64,000 nt of DNA from Torpedo marmorata (lineage: Eukaryota). The notes under the pieces were generated by a model. That model had not been told where the DNA came from. It was given only the letters and a program-made list of their open reading frames with translations, and searched no databases. Shown one piece after another: positions 23,558 through 36,229 of the stretch; the stretch's first letter is position 1, and each line of letters begins with the position of its first letter. Both the position numbers and the translations under genes were made by a program. Where the stretch lies: NCBI GenBank assembly GCA_977017645.1, contig OZ360224.1:80538001-80602000 (forward strand). The letters run 5' to 3'.

Positions 23558-26500
23558 TCCATGTTTATAGTTCCCTGAATGTGGCCACACAGGTCAGTAG
23601 GGTGGTGAAGATGGCATATGGCATGCTTGCCTTCATCGATTATGGCATACAATGTGAGAATTGGGATGTTATGATGCAACTTTACAAAACACTGGTTTGA
23701 CCGCACCATAGAGTATTGTGCACTGATCTGGTGGGTACACTCTAGGAAGGATGTGATTGTACTGGAGAAAGTGAAGAACAGATTAGTGTAGATGGGTAAA
23801 AGGTTCAGCATGGCCATAGTGGGTCGAAGAGCAAGTTTCTGTGCTGTATGACTCTAAATTTGCGTATGTTCTATTGGTGCAGCACCCCCTACATCGATCT
23901 GATTTTGTCTCTGAAACAGACTGTTAACTCATGGGCTTAGGACTAAGAGGCAAGAGTGATAACTGTAGCTCAAGCCTGACACTACTTGCCATTCCATAGC
24001 AAGGTGCAGAGTTCTCGGTCAACCAGTATCATCATATTTAGATTTGGCTGCGTGTTCTAAACCTATGGCCGAATGTGGTTTTGTGCTTCACTCAAGGTCA
24101 AACATTATATTCCAGTGGAGAACTGACACCAAACATATTATGAACTTTAAATGGGATGCTAAACGCAGTTTAAACCTAACCCAAATAGTGATACACCTGA
24201 ACAGCTAATGCATATATCTAGGTTGTGGAACTTGCAGCTGATTTATGTTGAATTTAATCTCAACATTACATCTTCTAGGACCTGCTCTCCTCTAAGCAGA
24301 GTGAGACAGGCCAGTGTAAATTAAACCTACATGTCAGTCTATTCATACAATTTTTATTTCCTACAATTCAAAAATTGCACACGGACACTTTTATCCACAT
24401 GTTTTTGGGATGTTCCATTGTTAACATTTGTTGTTCACCCCTAAGGGAAGAGTAACCTTCAGTTCCTTCTATAGAAGGAGTGCCCACATGGCTGTTAGGA
24501 AATGAATTCCAGCATTTAGCCCCAGCAACAATAAATAGCAATATCTCAGTCAAGCTGACGTGTTGCTGTCCTTGTACATTTAGGTGGTCGAGTTCACAGG
24601 TTTAAAGTGCTTTTGAAATCTTGGTGAATTGATGCTTAGCTTCTTGAGAAATATGGATATTGTCTGGTAACCACTAACGATGGCAACCATTGTTCATTGG
24701 TAGTGGAGAGAGTGACTGTTTAGGGTGTTAGTTGGGGGAGTGATCAAGCGGGTGGCTTTCTCCTGGATGATGTTGAGCTTCTCAAGTGTAGGATCCAGGT
24801 ACACGAAGAGCATTCCATCACAATCCTAATTTGTATCTTGAAGATAATGGGAGTCATAAAGTGATTTGGTCTTGGGTCATTTCTTCTAATTGTGGTATTT
24901 ATTGGCTCATCCAATTAAGTTTCTGGTAAATGATAACTCAGAATGTATTGAATGTATTGTTGAATATCGGGGAGGTAATTGACTACTACTTCTGACATGA
25001 AATTATAATTGTCCATGTTCTCATGGCTTGTCTCTGTGTGCCCTCGCATAGTCCTCACTTTATTGACCAATGTTTTTAGCACGTTGCAGATGTTACATTT
25101 TGTGTTTATCCTGATTATATTTAAAGTGCAGCTGTTTAGGTACGTTTCCTGATGACCCTCATTTGGGATCTTAACAGAATAATTCCTCCTGTGAGCCACA
25201 GAACATGAGGGGAGTGGCTTCTGATAGCCAGCAGCAAAGAACCCAGCTAATGTCCAGCAGTATTAATCAGTGATGAACATAGTTCAGTGCTTTGATCTGG
25301 AGAAGGTAATGTGCAACCCTGATATGCTAATTAAATGGATATTTGTTCATAAATAGGCACAGCATTGGTTTTCAGTGAATTTTGAAATCTAAAATGGCAC
25401 TGGAGTGCAGTGACTTCTTTCCAATGTCTGGACACCAAGCAAAACTAAGCTTTTCACAGTATATTGGTACATATGATAATAAACAATATATCTAAATTAT
25501 TGTCAATGGTCTCTACCACTCCACACCTCCCTTTTTACCTCATTATTTCCACAAATATACTACGGGTAAATACTGGGCCAATTGGAAATCACTTCCACCA
25601 ATCGGTGAGGAAACAGTTCCATAATCCTGACAATTAGGAGAGAACTTGCCTTCAATGACTGGGTCAAACACAACCATTAATGGAGGATCATTTGCCAAGA
25701 AATGCATTGGAAGGTCAAAAAGTAACAACCAAAAGCAAAATGAGTGAATCCTCCAATGAATGTGGTAAATCACAACCCTCTGCATTAATTAACCAATTTT
25801 ATATAGCAGTGGACACTATTTATCCACTAATGCACTGACTCAGATTTTGTGGTCGACAGTGATCCTTGCAGTTCCACTTGCTCATTGTACCTGTTCTTGC
25901 CCATATGTTTTGTGGAGTTTTGCACTGGAAGTTATGGTGTTTATAAATCTGATTCCGCACAGCCCTTCCTCTTAGGGTGTCTGTATTCTGCAATTTCCCA
26001 CTGTAACAATTACATGTATAACCACCACATTTTACCAATTTCCAGGATAGATAGTGGACAACTGTCTTCGTAGAATTAAAATGATAAACGCTGTAAATTC
26101 TCAGTGGTCAGATGGCAATGTTGGGGTGATGAAATTCAGAGGGAAGATTATATATTGGCACCACATCATCATTCATGGGTAGGTCATATAATACCTATGT
26201 CATTTGAAGTTTTATTAGGGAGGAAGTGACCAATCATGATGCCAAAGTTCAAATGAAGCAATAGGTTAGTACAAACATTAGAGACACTGAGATTAATGCA
26301 ATAAAATATCCATAATGGGATTAACAGTTGACAATAAAATTGAGGAATTGTTTATTGTCATATGTACCAAGATACAGTAAAAAGCCTTGTTTTGTGTGCT
26401 ATCCAGGTAAGTCAACTCATACAATGGGCAGTGCAATAATAAACATCCAGTGTAATATTACATTGTGAAATGGTTCAGAGCATAGAGCAAAGTACAAGAA

Positions 26501-27249
26501 CATAGTGCAGGGTTTTGAGAAAGTACAGTTAAAAATAGTGTGAGAGTTCCATTTAACTGAATAATAACAGCAGGAAATAGGGAAGGATCCACATTAAAGA
26601 TGGATACCTCGATACCTGACAATTTTAATATTTATTGCATGCTACCCTGAACTTTAAGAATTATTTTATCCACTCCCTAGTATTGATGGCGAATGTGGAT
26701 TTCTGTGTCAATAGTATTACCACACCAATGCTTGTACAGAGGAATCTCGTTCTGTATAGCATAGCTATGGCCTCGTGTATCAGTATAGCCTCAGATTTGG
26801 TTGTCCATAATATGATGCTGCATCTTCATAGAAAGAAAGTGGAAACCCAGAATTGTGTTGTACTTTGTCATAATGTATCTTTTTCAAAGTACCAAAATGT
26901 TCATGGGTATTAGTTACTATAAATGTACAGCCATATTTTCATTAAGTAGACAACATGCTGGTTAGTTTTCCATGGTACAATTCCATAAAGGGCAATCAGA
27001 TAAATGACCTTTAGTGCTGTTGTTTGTTTATTTAAATGTTATTCAGAACATTGGGAGATCATGGTTTGAATACCATTACATAATCTTTAATTTGGATTTA
27101 ATTTAAGAAGAAAATAAAAAGAAGCATGACTGATTTGATCCCATGGATCTTCTCTGCCACTCATAAGACCATGAATTATCTTTTTACTTTAATGCTACTA
27201 AATCCCATATTCTTTGATTCCCTTGCTATGTGAAAATCTATATCTTTCA

Positions 27250-27800
27250 TTTAATTTATGCACAGCCCTCTTGTGCAATGGATTTCAAAATTTCAGTGCC
27301 CTCTGGGTGAAGAACTTTCTCTCACAGCCCTTCAATTTGAAATAATGACCCCTTGGTCTAGAAAAAACAGCCAGGGAAAAGATCCATTCCCCATGTTAAT
27401 CCCCTTCCAAATTTTGTCCTATTACCTATCATTTTTCTAAACTCAAAGGTTGAGACCCAATCTGCTTCATCTCCTCGTGCGACACACCTACCACCCCAGG
27501 AATCGATCGAGTGAATTTTCACTGCAGTCCATCTTTCAACTGCAAGTATATCCTTTTGTGGGTAAGGAGACCAGACCCGTGTCCAGTTATGGTCTCACCA
27601 ATGTTTTGTATAGTTGGAGTTAGATGTCTCCTTTGTCGTGCAGGTTAATATACTATTTGCTTCCCCAATTTCTTGCTGTTCCTATTTATTAACTTTCAGT
27701 GAATTGTGTACATGGACACCCGGGGCCAACTGAACAGCTTCACCTTTAAATCTCTCAATATTGTGCCATTCTATTTTTTTTAACCAAAGCAGATAACATT
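27250..27800 (-). mobile_element. Degenerate CR1 3' fragment
   Basis: CCCTCTGGGTGAAGAA...GGAGACCAGACCCGTGTCCAG...GGTCTCACCAATG typical of antisense CR1 3' region. Confidence 0.6.
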
Positions 27801-28379
27801 GTATTTCATTTCCTCATCTTACTTGTTCTTCATTTTTTATTATCAAGTTACCGTTTGATTTGCTCCTCAATGGTATTTATTACCTTTTTTATATGTAGTA
27901 ATTTTCGGGTATTATTTGAAATAATATGCTTAAAAAGGACGTGGCAGTTCACACTTTGTGACTTAGTCACAGGGCTGCATTTAATCAATTGGCAGGAGTT
28001 TAATAAACACTGAAATTATTCCCATTTACAACCCACACTGAAACAAAAGGCTTATTTTATGTGAAAAATACTGCCTATCCATCATGCATTATAAATAATA
28101 CCAGATGCCTAACAGGGAATCACGCCAGTAATCCGATCAAGGGGGTTGAGATGACAAACGCTAAGCACGCGAGCTTTGCTCGTGTGGTTTATGATGTCAT
28201 CCAAACCCTTCGGTTGCAATATTGATTTCTAATATATTGGGAGGCATCCAGTCTACTCCTCATGACTGAGAGCTTTGTGTATTCCTGACTGTTTGCAATA
28301 GGTGTCAAACACAATTCACATTCATCCTAAATTCTTCATAATCACCAACGTTCTTTACAAGGCGCAAAGATGAAAATGC

Positions 28380-28505
28380 AACAAAAAAATAGAAAATGTT
28401 GGGAACACCTGGATGAAGGAACCTTTGACCTGAAACATTAACTCAGCTTCTTTCCATGAACGTTGCTTGATCTGCTCCGTGTTTCCAGCATATTCTGTTT
28501 GTAGT
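28380..28505 (+). mobile_element. Old PLE pLTR-derived repeat
   Basis: CTGGATGAAGGAACCTTTGACCTGAAACATT...TTCCAGCATATTCTGTTT. Confidence 0.6.
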
Positions 28506-30427
28506 TCTAAGCCAAATGTAACAGCAGCTCCTCAATATATAGCAACTTATTTTGCAGTTAAGGTAAGTGTCAGTTCTTAAGTTTCTGATAGCTGTTTCTT
28601 ATGTATGCAAATATCAGTTACTTTCTATGCAGAGAGATCTGGAGGGAATAATAATATCAATACTCTGTCCATGGAGGAATGTACTTGGAAGAATAGAAAA
28701 GAGAATCAGTCTGTTTTAAAAAAAAATCTTTCCTTGTTTATTTCAATCAAAATGTCTGCAATTCTGTCCCAATACCATGTGGTAGTCTTCATCACCTCAC
28801 ACCTTAAATCAATATAAGGGAATAAGATATAGAAGAGAGCTTGTATTTGTATTGTGCATCTGACAGCAGCCAAAACATAATATGTTCAGTGAACTTTTCA
28901 AGAATAGTTACTGTTGTAACATAGGCAAACGTACTGGCATTGTGCACAGCAAGATCCTATTGAGCAATGATCTAGATGTCTACTTGTTTGTCTTTGAATG
29001 TCAGAGTTGCATTTAAGCAATTCTTAGCCAATCAAGGAAAAACTGAGTCACAGAAAATCCTACACCCACTCATTTTCCCTTTAACCTATTCTTCCTCCCC
29101 CCCTTTTCCATGTTTTCCTACCTACACTGGGACCAAGTTACGTCTCTGGGATGTGGGAGGAAACTGGAGTATTTAGAGGAAACCGATACAACCACAAGGA
29201 GAACTTGCAAACTCTGCAAAGGTCAGGATCAAATCTGGGTCACTGGAACTGTGAACTATTTGCTGTGCCACTAAGTCACCCTTCGATTATACACGCACGC
29301 GCTTTTGGGACTAGATTACAAACCGGTATGTTGGCAAGTCTCTGGAGTGTTGCTTCAGCCATGTTTTTGTGATCTAAAGCTTGAAGAGCTACCTCTAAAT
29401 TTATATAGGAAACATTGAAGAGGAGCCTGGCTAGTCATGGGATAGAGCAAATGGTTCCTAATGTGAATAATCACATCAACTCTGGATGGAGGTTGCACCA
29501 TAGTCTGAAGAAAAAGAATCAGAATACTGGAAATGCTCAGCAGATCGAGCAGTAGCTGTACAGAGGGAACCATTCAACATTTTACCTGGATGATCCTTCA
29601 TCAAAATTAGGAATAGCTGGAAATGCAAAAATTCCAAAGAGAGTGGAGAGCTTTCAATGATTTCAACAGTAGGAACAAGGACAAAGAAATTTGCAAGTGC
29701 TGAGCCAGTTTTTCATACATGAAATGGGTACCCATGATCTAGTTTGATTGGCAAATGCCCCAGTCCATTTCATGCCATGAGTAAGCTTTTGGATATCGTA
29801 ATGGTATGCTCTGAAAACACACCATTACGACATAAGACAATCCCATTCACCTAAGAGGTTCCTTTATGAAATTAATGTACCTAAGTGAACGGTTTGCCAC
29901 AAGCTAACCCTCACTCAGCAGTTCATGGTACATTTGGTCAATGGCAATCCTGCAGGATGCTCTCCACGGCTCATGCCCTCTCTCCACCCCCAGCAGATTT
30001 GTTCCTAGTTTGTCCTCTGTCCATCAGGCAATTTCTGACTTTTAGTTCATTTCTCCACTATTTCTGTCAATTCTACCTTCTGTACTGGAACTTGTATCCT
30101 CTTTGGGAACAGTTTAATTCATGGTCAACCAGGTATGTTTGCATTTGGGGCTGGAGTAGGAATGCAAGCAAATAAAATGATGGTAGGGAGCTGGAGTTGG
30201 TGGCAGGTTGGAACAATGCGCAGAAGGGCATTTCCAAATGTGGGGCTTTAGAAAACACTCTGCAGACTTGGCTTCACTCAGGAAGAATACATGACCACAA
30301 CACCTCTAAGAAACAAGAATGTAATGACTCTTGATCACAAGTAACCAATTTCACAGGACTTTTGTGCATTGTCATGCACTTCCTTTTGGGCATGATCTCA
30401 TTTCTGGGCTGTGATGTCTTACCACAC

Positions 30428-31680
30428 TTTGAGATTTCAGAATTATTGTCGGAGTACTTACATGACATCACATACAACCCTGAGATTCTTTTTCCTGCGG
30501 ACGAGGCAGAATTACCATTTATTGGCAGTGCACAAAAAACTGACTCAACGTACACATGTAAACAAATAAAGAAATGTAAACAAATTGCAATACAGAGAGA
30601 AAAAAAACCAATAAAGTGCAACGGTAAGAGTCCTTAAATAAGTCTGATTGAGTTTGTTGTTGAGGAGTCTGATGGTGGAGGGGTAGCAGCTGTTCCTGAA
30701 CCTGGTGGTGTGAGTCTTGTATACCTCTTTCCTGATGCTAGCAGTGAGAACAGAGTGTGTGCTGGCAGATGTGGATCCTTGATGATTGCTGCTGCTCTCC
30801 GATGGCAGCGTTCCCTGTAGATGTTCTCGATGGTGGGGAGGGATTTACTCGTGATGTCCTGGGCTGTGTCCATTACCTTTTGCAGGGCTTTACGCTCGGG
30901 GGTATTGGTGTCCCCATACCAGACCATGATGCAGCCGGTCAGCACATTTTCCACGACACATCTGCAGAAATTTGCCAGGGTTTCCAATGTCATACCAAAC
31001 CTCCACAAACTCCTGAGGAAGTAGAGGCGCTGACGTGCTTTCTTCACCATGCAATTTGTGTGTTGAGTCCAGGAAAGATCCTCTGAGATACTAACTCCCA
31101 AGAACTTATTGCTCACCCTCTCCATCTCTGATCCCCCCAATGATCGTACACCTCTGGTTTTCCCTTCCTGAAGTCAACAATGAGCTCCTTGGTTTTGATG
31201 ACATTGAGTGCGAGGTTGTTGTTGGTGCACCATTCAGCCAAGTTTTCAATCTCCCTCCTGTATGCTGACTCATCACCCCTTTTTATACAACCCACTACCG
31301 TGGTATTGTCAGCGAATTTGTAGATGGTGTTGTTGTACCGAGCCACACAGTCATAGGTGTATAGCGAGTAGAGCAGGGGTCTAAGAATGCAGCCCTGTGG
31401 TGCTCTGATGCTGTTGGAGATTGTGGAGGAGATGTTCTTACCAATCCTCACTGATTGTGGTCTGGAGGTGAGGAAATCAGGATCCAATTACACAGTGGGG
31501 TGTTGACTCCCAGGTCTTGGAGTTTGCTGATCAATTTTGAGGGGATGATGGTGTTAAATGCCGAACTGTAGTCGATAAAGAGCATCCTGACGTATGCATC
31601 TTTGCTGTCCAGGTGCTCCAGGGCTTTGTGTTAAGCCAGTGAGATGGCATCCACGGTAGACCTGTTGTTATGATAGGCCA
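30428..31680 (-). mobile_element. Rex1/Babar-type LINE 3' fragment (RT C-terminal half)
   Basis: ORFs 31113-31487 (APQGCILRPLLYSLY, YKFADNT) and 30634-31140 (KFLGVSISEDLSW, KKARQRLYFLR). Confidence 0.88.
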
Positions 31681-32521
31681 TTTATTTGTTGCTAACAGAT
31701 TATTGCATTGTAGTTTTAAAGATTAAAATGATAGATGAGCAAACGGGTGGAAGGTCGTTCACTGAAAGCATTGCTTTCGTACGTGAGAGGTCCAGCATGC
31801 TGTATGGGAAATTGCAGTTACCGGACCCCATTTTTAATCATCTCTCATCCATGTGATACTTGTCGCCCCTACTCCACTGACTAGAACTTCAATCCGCGTG
31901 TTTTTTCATTGCATTTCAGTGTAGATTTCCCCAGAGGACAGTGGAAATATGGAACATACAATTAATTTTGAGATGGTTATTGTCTTATAAAGCATCTGGT
32001 TATATATTTTGTGCGATATGTTCTTTCCTACTTCATTTAGTTCCTAAATATATTTACAATCAACACATTTACAAATTCTTTAAAACTAACAAACTTTGAA
32101 TTGGACTACATACGTGCTGAGATGATGAACTGCACGTAAAACACAATGGTCTCTGTGAAAGATCCTGGAAGAGATACAAATTAAAGAATTTTACCAGATT
32201 GCATTTGGAGTCGGTGAGTGTTTATGAAGCACTTTCCCTCTATTATAGTGGATACAGTCCAAGATTGGGATGGTCACTCACAGTCTAAGGAGACTGATAG
32301 CTTGCATTAGAATCATTCTGTGCAGCTCAAATTGTCAAGGTAAAAATTGCTTCAAAAACCAGCAGTTAGAGACAGAAAAGGGAATAAAGTAAATTGACAC
32401 TGAAAGGTACAGTCAAATCTGTGGAAAGACCAAAAAAAGACTGTTAAATGGTAAAAGAGGTGCATTTCCTTGAGTTTATGATGACCTTCAATGAGGCAAT
32501 GTTGGGGGAAAAAAAAAACAG

Positions 32522-32621
32522 NNNNNNNNNNNNNNNNNNNNNNNNNNNNNNNNNNNNNNNNNNNNNNNNNNNNNNNNNNNNNNNNNNNNNNNNNNNNNNN
32601 NNNNNNNNNNNNNNNNNNNNN
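32522..32621. other. Assembly gap (100 N)
   Basis: Run of N. Confidence 1.
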
Positions 32622-33430
32622 CCAATTGATACAGTGGTGAAATTTCAAACGCTCGTGTTTTTTATTATTATTATTCAGTGCTAGAGGAAGTCGGTGAGAC
32701 AGACTCTGCCACCCCCCACGCACGGTCCTTTCACACGGACTAAAATTAACCAATGCAAACACTGTCACGAAAATTGAGAGGGGCTCGTGTGTTTTTTTTT
32801 TTTAATTCCCCAATTTTAAAGAGAAATGTGCAATTGAATCCGCGGATGCTGGGTGGATAAACAGGGTAGGATATTCTTGTCTGCACTGTCTGTGATGGTT
32901 CGAGCCGAGAATGTACAGTGCGTCCTATAACAGCCTGCTGCCAGTGCCCTTGAAGGAGACCGGCTGTGTATATTTCGGGAGTCTCGTTTTGCATGGTGGT
33001 TTACGTTGTGCAATCAGCAGTTTGTTTCGATGTTTTGTGTATTTTTTTTAAAGTCCGATAAATATGATACCATATCAATATGCATTTTTTTTTTGTTTAA
33101 TTGTGGCAAGCGGCGACATTCCTTTCTTAGCTCCTTCTCCAGTACGATGGTGCTGGTGATGTTTACGTGAGCTATTAATAGTGGAGGGCGGACACGGGCG
33201 CAGGAGAGGCCGTCTGTACCCACCTCCTGCACAAACTTTGGACAGCAGCGCAGTGCGTTGCAACCAGGACCTTTTTGTACACAGATGTTTGTTTTTCCTT
33301 TTTATCTTTGAATCTAATTGTTATGTGTTTTTCCGTCTCTCTCTCTCAGCATTATCCATCAGGTGCGTTTTACTCTTCTTGCTTTCCTTTTCAGAAAGGC
33401 AATAGCTGTGCAGTGGCCGGCTGCAGTCTG

Positions 33431-33458
33431 CAATCACAGCGTCTGCAGACTTGTTTCA
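33431..33458 (+). mobile_element. 28-bp PLE 3'-end micro-insertion
   Basis: CAATCACAGCGTCTGCAGACTT matches the pLTR 3' end at 23525-23546; flanked by CTGCAGTCTG at 33421-33430 and 33459-33468. Confidence 0.7.
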
Positions 33459-34689
33459 CTGCAGTCTGTCCTTATTTCGCGGGAAGATGAAAGGAAATTG
33501 TATGTTCTCGCCGCTTGCCGTTCAGAGCGGATCCCTGGTTACTGTAACGTGCCGAAATGGGAAGGGATACGATTTTTCCACCACCACCCCCCAAAAAAAC
33601 CCTCAAAATTCTGAAGCCAGTCTTGGAATTGTCTAGAGGTTTGAGGCGGGATATTTAAGTGAGGTGTATGTGTCAAAACACTGAGAAAGAGATTGCATTT
33701 TAGATCCGTTAATATTGGTTTAAATACTACCTCGTTTTCCCTTCTGTACCCATGCACACAACCCCACCCATCTCACTCAGTTGGAGGGTGCGCCAGCAGA
33801 TCTTTCAGCCTGAGGGGTGTCCCTCTGCAGCTACCACCCGTCAGGAATAGCCCATAAGTCTGGTTGGTACTCGTCTCTATCGTAAGCGGTAGTCTTTCTG
33901 CAAAGGGACCGTCCCTCCCCATGGAATGGCAGGCCGCATTAGAGACGGGGCTGTGCCTCTTCGAGGACTCCGAATGTTTCCATCATCGCATCGAGGCGCC
34001 GCAGCGGTGTGCAGAGTTCAGGCAGGGAGACACCTCCGTATCATGCGCTAGGAACGTTGTCTTCAGTCGACCAAGGCAGTAGAATGGCCACGCGTGGGTA
34101 CATGCCAGCCTTGCCCTGGTCAGCGAACATGCCGCGCTGTATTTGGGCTCCAGTTCAATGGACCAACAAAACACAGCTTGTGACCATTTTTGGTAACGGC
34201 GGTTCCGCCCCAGGAAGTTTCTGTGCGCAGGAGCTGAAAAGAAACGCTCACTCCCAACCCACCTGACAGGCGATCGTTAAATCTCTAATTTGATGCATTC
34301 CATCAGTTTCCCGTTGTGTTACACAGATGATTAAAAAGTACGTTGGGCGGTCAAATAATAACATTGGAGTAAACGTGAAGCTAACTTGGCCGCCTGTCGG
34401 ACAAATTGACCTGATTCACGTGAAAACTCGGGCGTAATCCAATCTCGCCAATTTCCCGCAGATCCAGACCGATTAAAATTGCCCCCAATGCTGATAGCCC
34501 CAAACACTGAAGCTTCGAATGAGGCTTTATCCCAGCGAGAGACCAGCTTCAATATCAGGGTCAGAAAACCACTCAATCCTGTAGCACAGTGATGGCGAGG
34601 AGGGAGTTGAGAAGATCAACTCTCACCCCAATTCTGCTCCTGACAAAATGCTTGGCGAATCGGTTTGTCATAACTATCTCTTTCTTTTC

Positions 34690-36010
34690 AAGAGAGACAA
34701 GTATAAGACATGGCAACATTCCCAATGGAAGCATTGGTACATGTTCGATTCACCCAATGCCTGGGTAAGAGACCACAGGGATGTCAGTATCACCAGAGCT
34801 ACCAATGATAATCTGGTCTAAGAGGCAGTCATCATCCATCAAGAACCGCATTTGATATATTCCTCATTAATAGTCATTTTATTTTCATAAAAGCCTTTGC
34901 CTCCATCAATTGTGGTGAATGTTAAGCTCAGCTGCATCATTGCCCCAATCCTTTTCACCGCCATGCTGCAACTTGCCTCCAACATGCTTCCTGCTGGAGT
35001 GGAGCTGATGTACAGGACAAATGGGAAACCATTCATCCTCGATCATCTTCCTTCCAGAACCAAAGTCAATTCAACCATAAAGCTGCAAATCACAGATAAC
35101 ACACTGGCCAGTGCGTGCGGAGGCTGAGCTCCATCATTGTCCACTCAATCACTAAAGTGTGTGATAGAATGAACCTTACACTTAATATCTACAAAACAAA
35201 GGTCCTCTCCCAACTTCTCCTGTTGTTTACCACACAGCCCAATTCTAAAGGGTCATGAAAAGACCCTGAGAAACACAGACTACTTGCCACGTGTTGGGGA
35301 GGTGAAGATGTCTCCGTGAAGACAGATGTAAATGATGGAAGTTCACAACATCTTTCAGTGCCCCACAACATCCCTGGCTATCTGAAGAAAAACAAGTTCT
35401 GAAACCCAGCACGATGCTATCGCACAGAAGTGATCCTTGCCCTTCTGTACATTTCTGAGATATAGACTACCTACAGCAAACATCTCAAAGCACTGGAGTG
35501 TTCAATGCAACCGTCATTGTCTCCACAGAATCCTCCATATCAACTGACAACATCAACAAACCAGCAGCAGTGTCCTCTCCCAGACCAACATCCACAGCAT
35601 TGCAGTTACTTCAGCCAACTCTCATGGCTGGCGTTCTTATTCACATTACCCAACAGCAGACGCTCAGTCACAACAAGAGATTAGCGGGAGGTGAGAGGAA
35701 ATAATGCAATGATGTTCTCAAAGTCTTCTTGAATAAGTGTCACGTGCCCGCCAACTTATGGAAATTTCTGGTCCATGATAGACTGTTTTAAGTGTATTGT
35801 TACATTATACCTGGTATAGTGAGAATGGTTCTACCTTGAACAGGTCACATCAACATAGAGCTGTGTAAAGTCCCTTCACCGAGAGCATTGAGAAGCTCCC
35901 AAACCTCTCGTCGTCCCACCTGTCCTATCAAGCACCTCCTTCCCATCTACGACGGAGTTCCATATTGGCTTCATCAGCCACCTCACAACTCGCAGAACAA
36001 GTGAAAGCAG
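34690..36010 (+). mobile_element. Decayed RTE (BovB-like) LINE
   Basis: Translation CIIAPILFTAMLQL...LPAGVELMYRTNGKPF...SRTKV...LQITDN (RTE RT region); 3' end encodes an IGFISHL-like motif. Confidence 0.75.
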
Positions 36011-36229
36011 TTCCTGGATTGAAACCTCGACCCTGGGCAAAATATTCCCACCATTACAATTTCATCAGCATCTGTGCATTTTAGCCCAAATAGTTTTCCC
36101 TTGGAGTATTTCTAATATGCCCAAATTCCCTAATAATAATTGAATATACATTGAACATAAAATCCATTGGTAGAGGCTCCCAATTTAAACCTTCAATCAG
36201 GCTGCACCCACTGGGCTTCCAAAATCCAA

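Larger units (their letters stand above)
23068..23982 (-). mobile_element. Ancient Deu-SINE-like element split by a CR1 3' fragment (about 23285-23860, +), itself split by a PLE fold-back
   Basis: AACTTGAATTTGTATAACATCTTTCAC... and ...GACTAAGAGGCAAGAGTGATAAC resemble, from memory, antisense SacSINE1/AmnSINE-type sequence; the CR1 piece ends GGGTCGAAGAGCAAGTTTCTGTGCTGTATGACTCTA. Confidence 0.5.

Noticed and set aside
32352-32768. ORFs spanning X runs
   Set aside because: Artefact of the assembly gap
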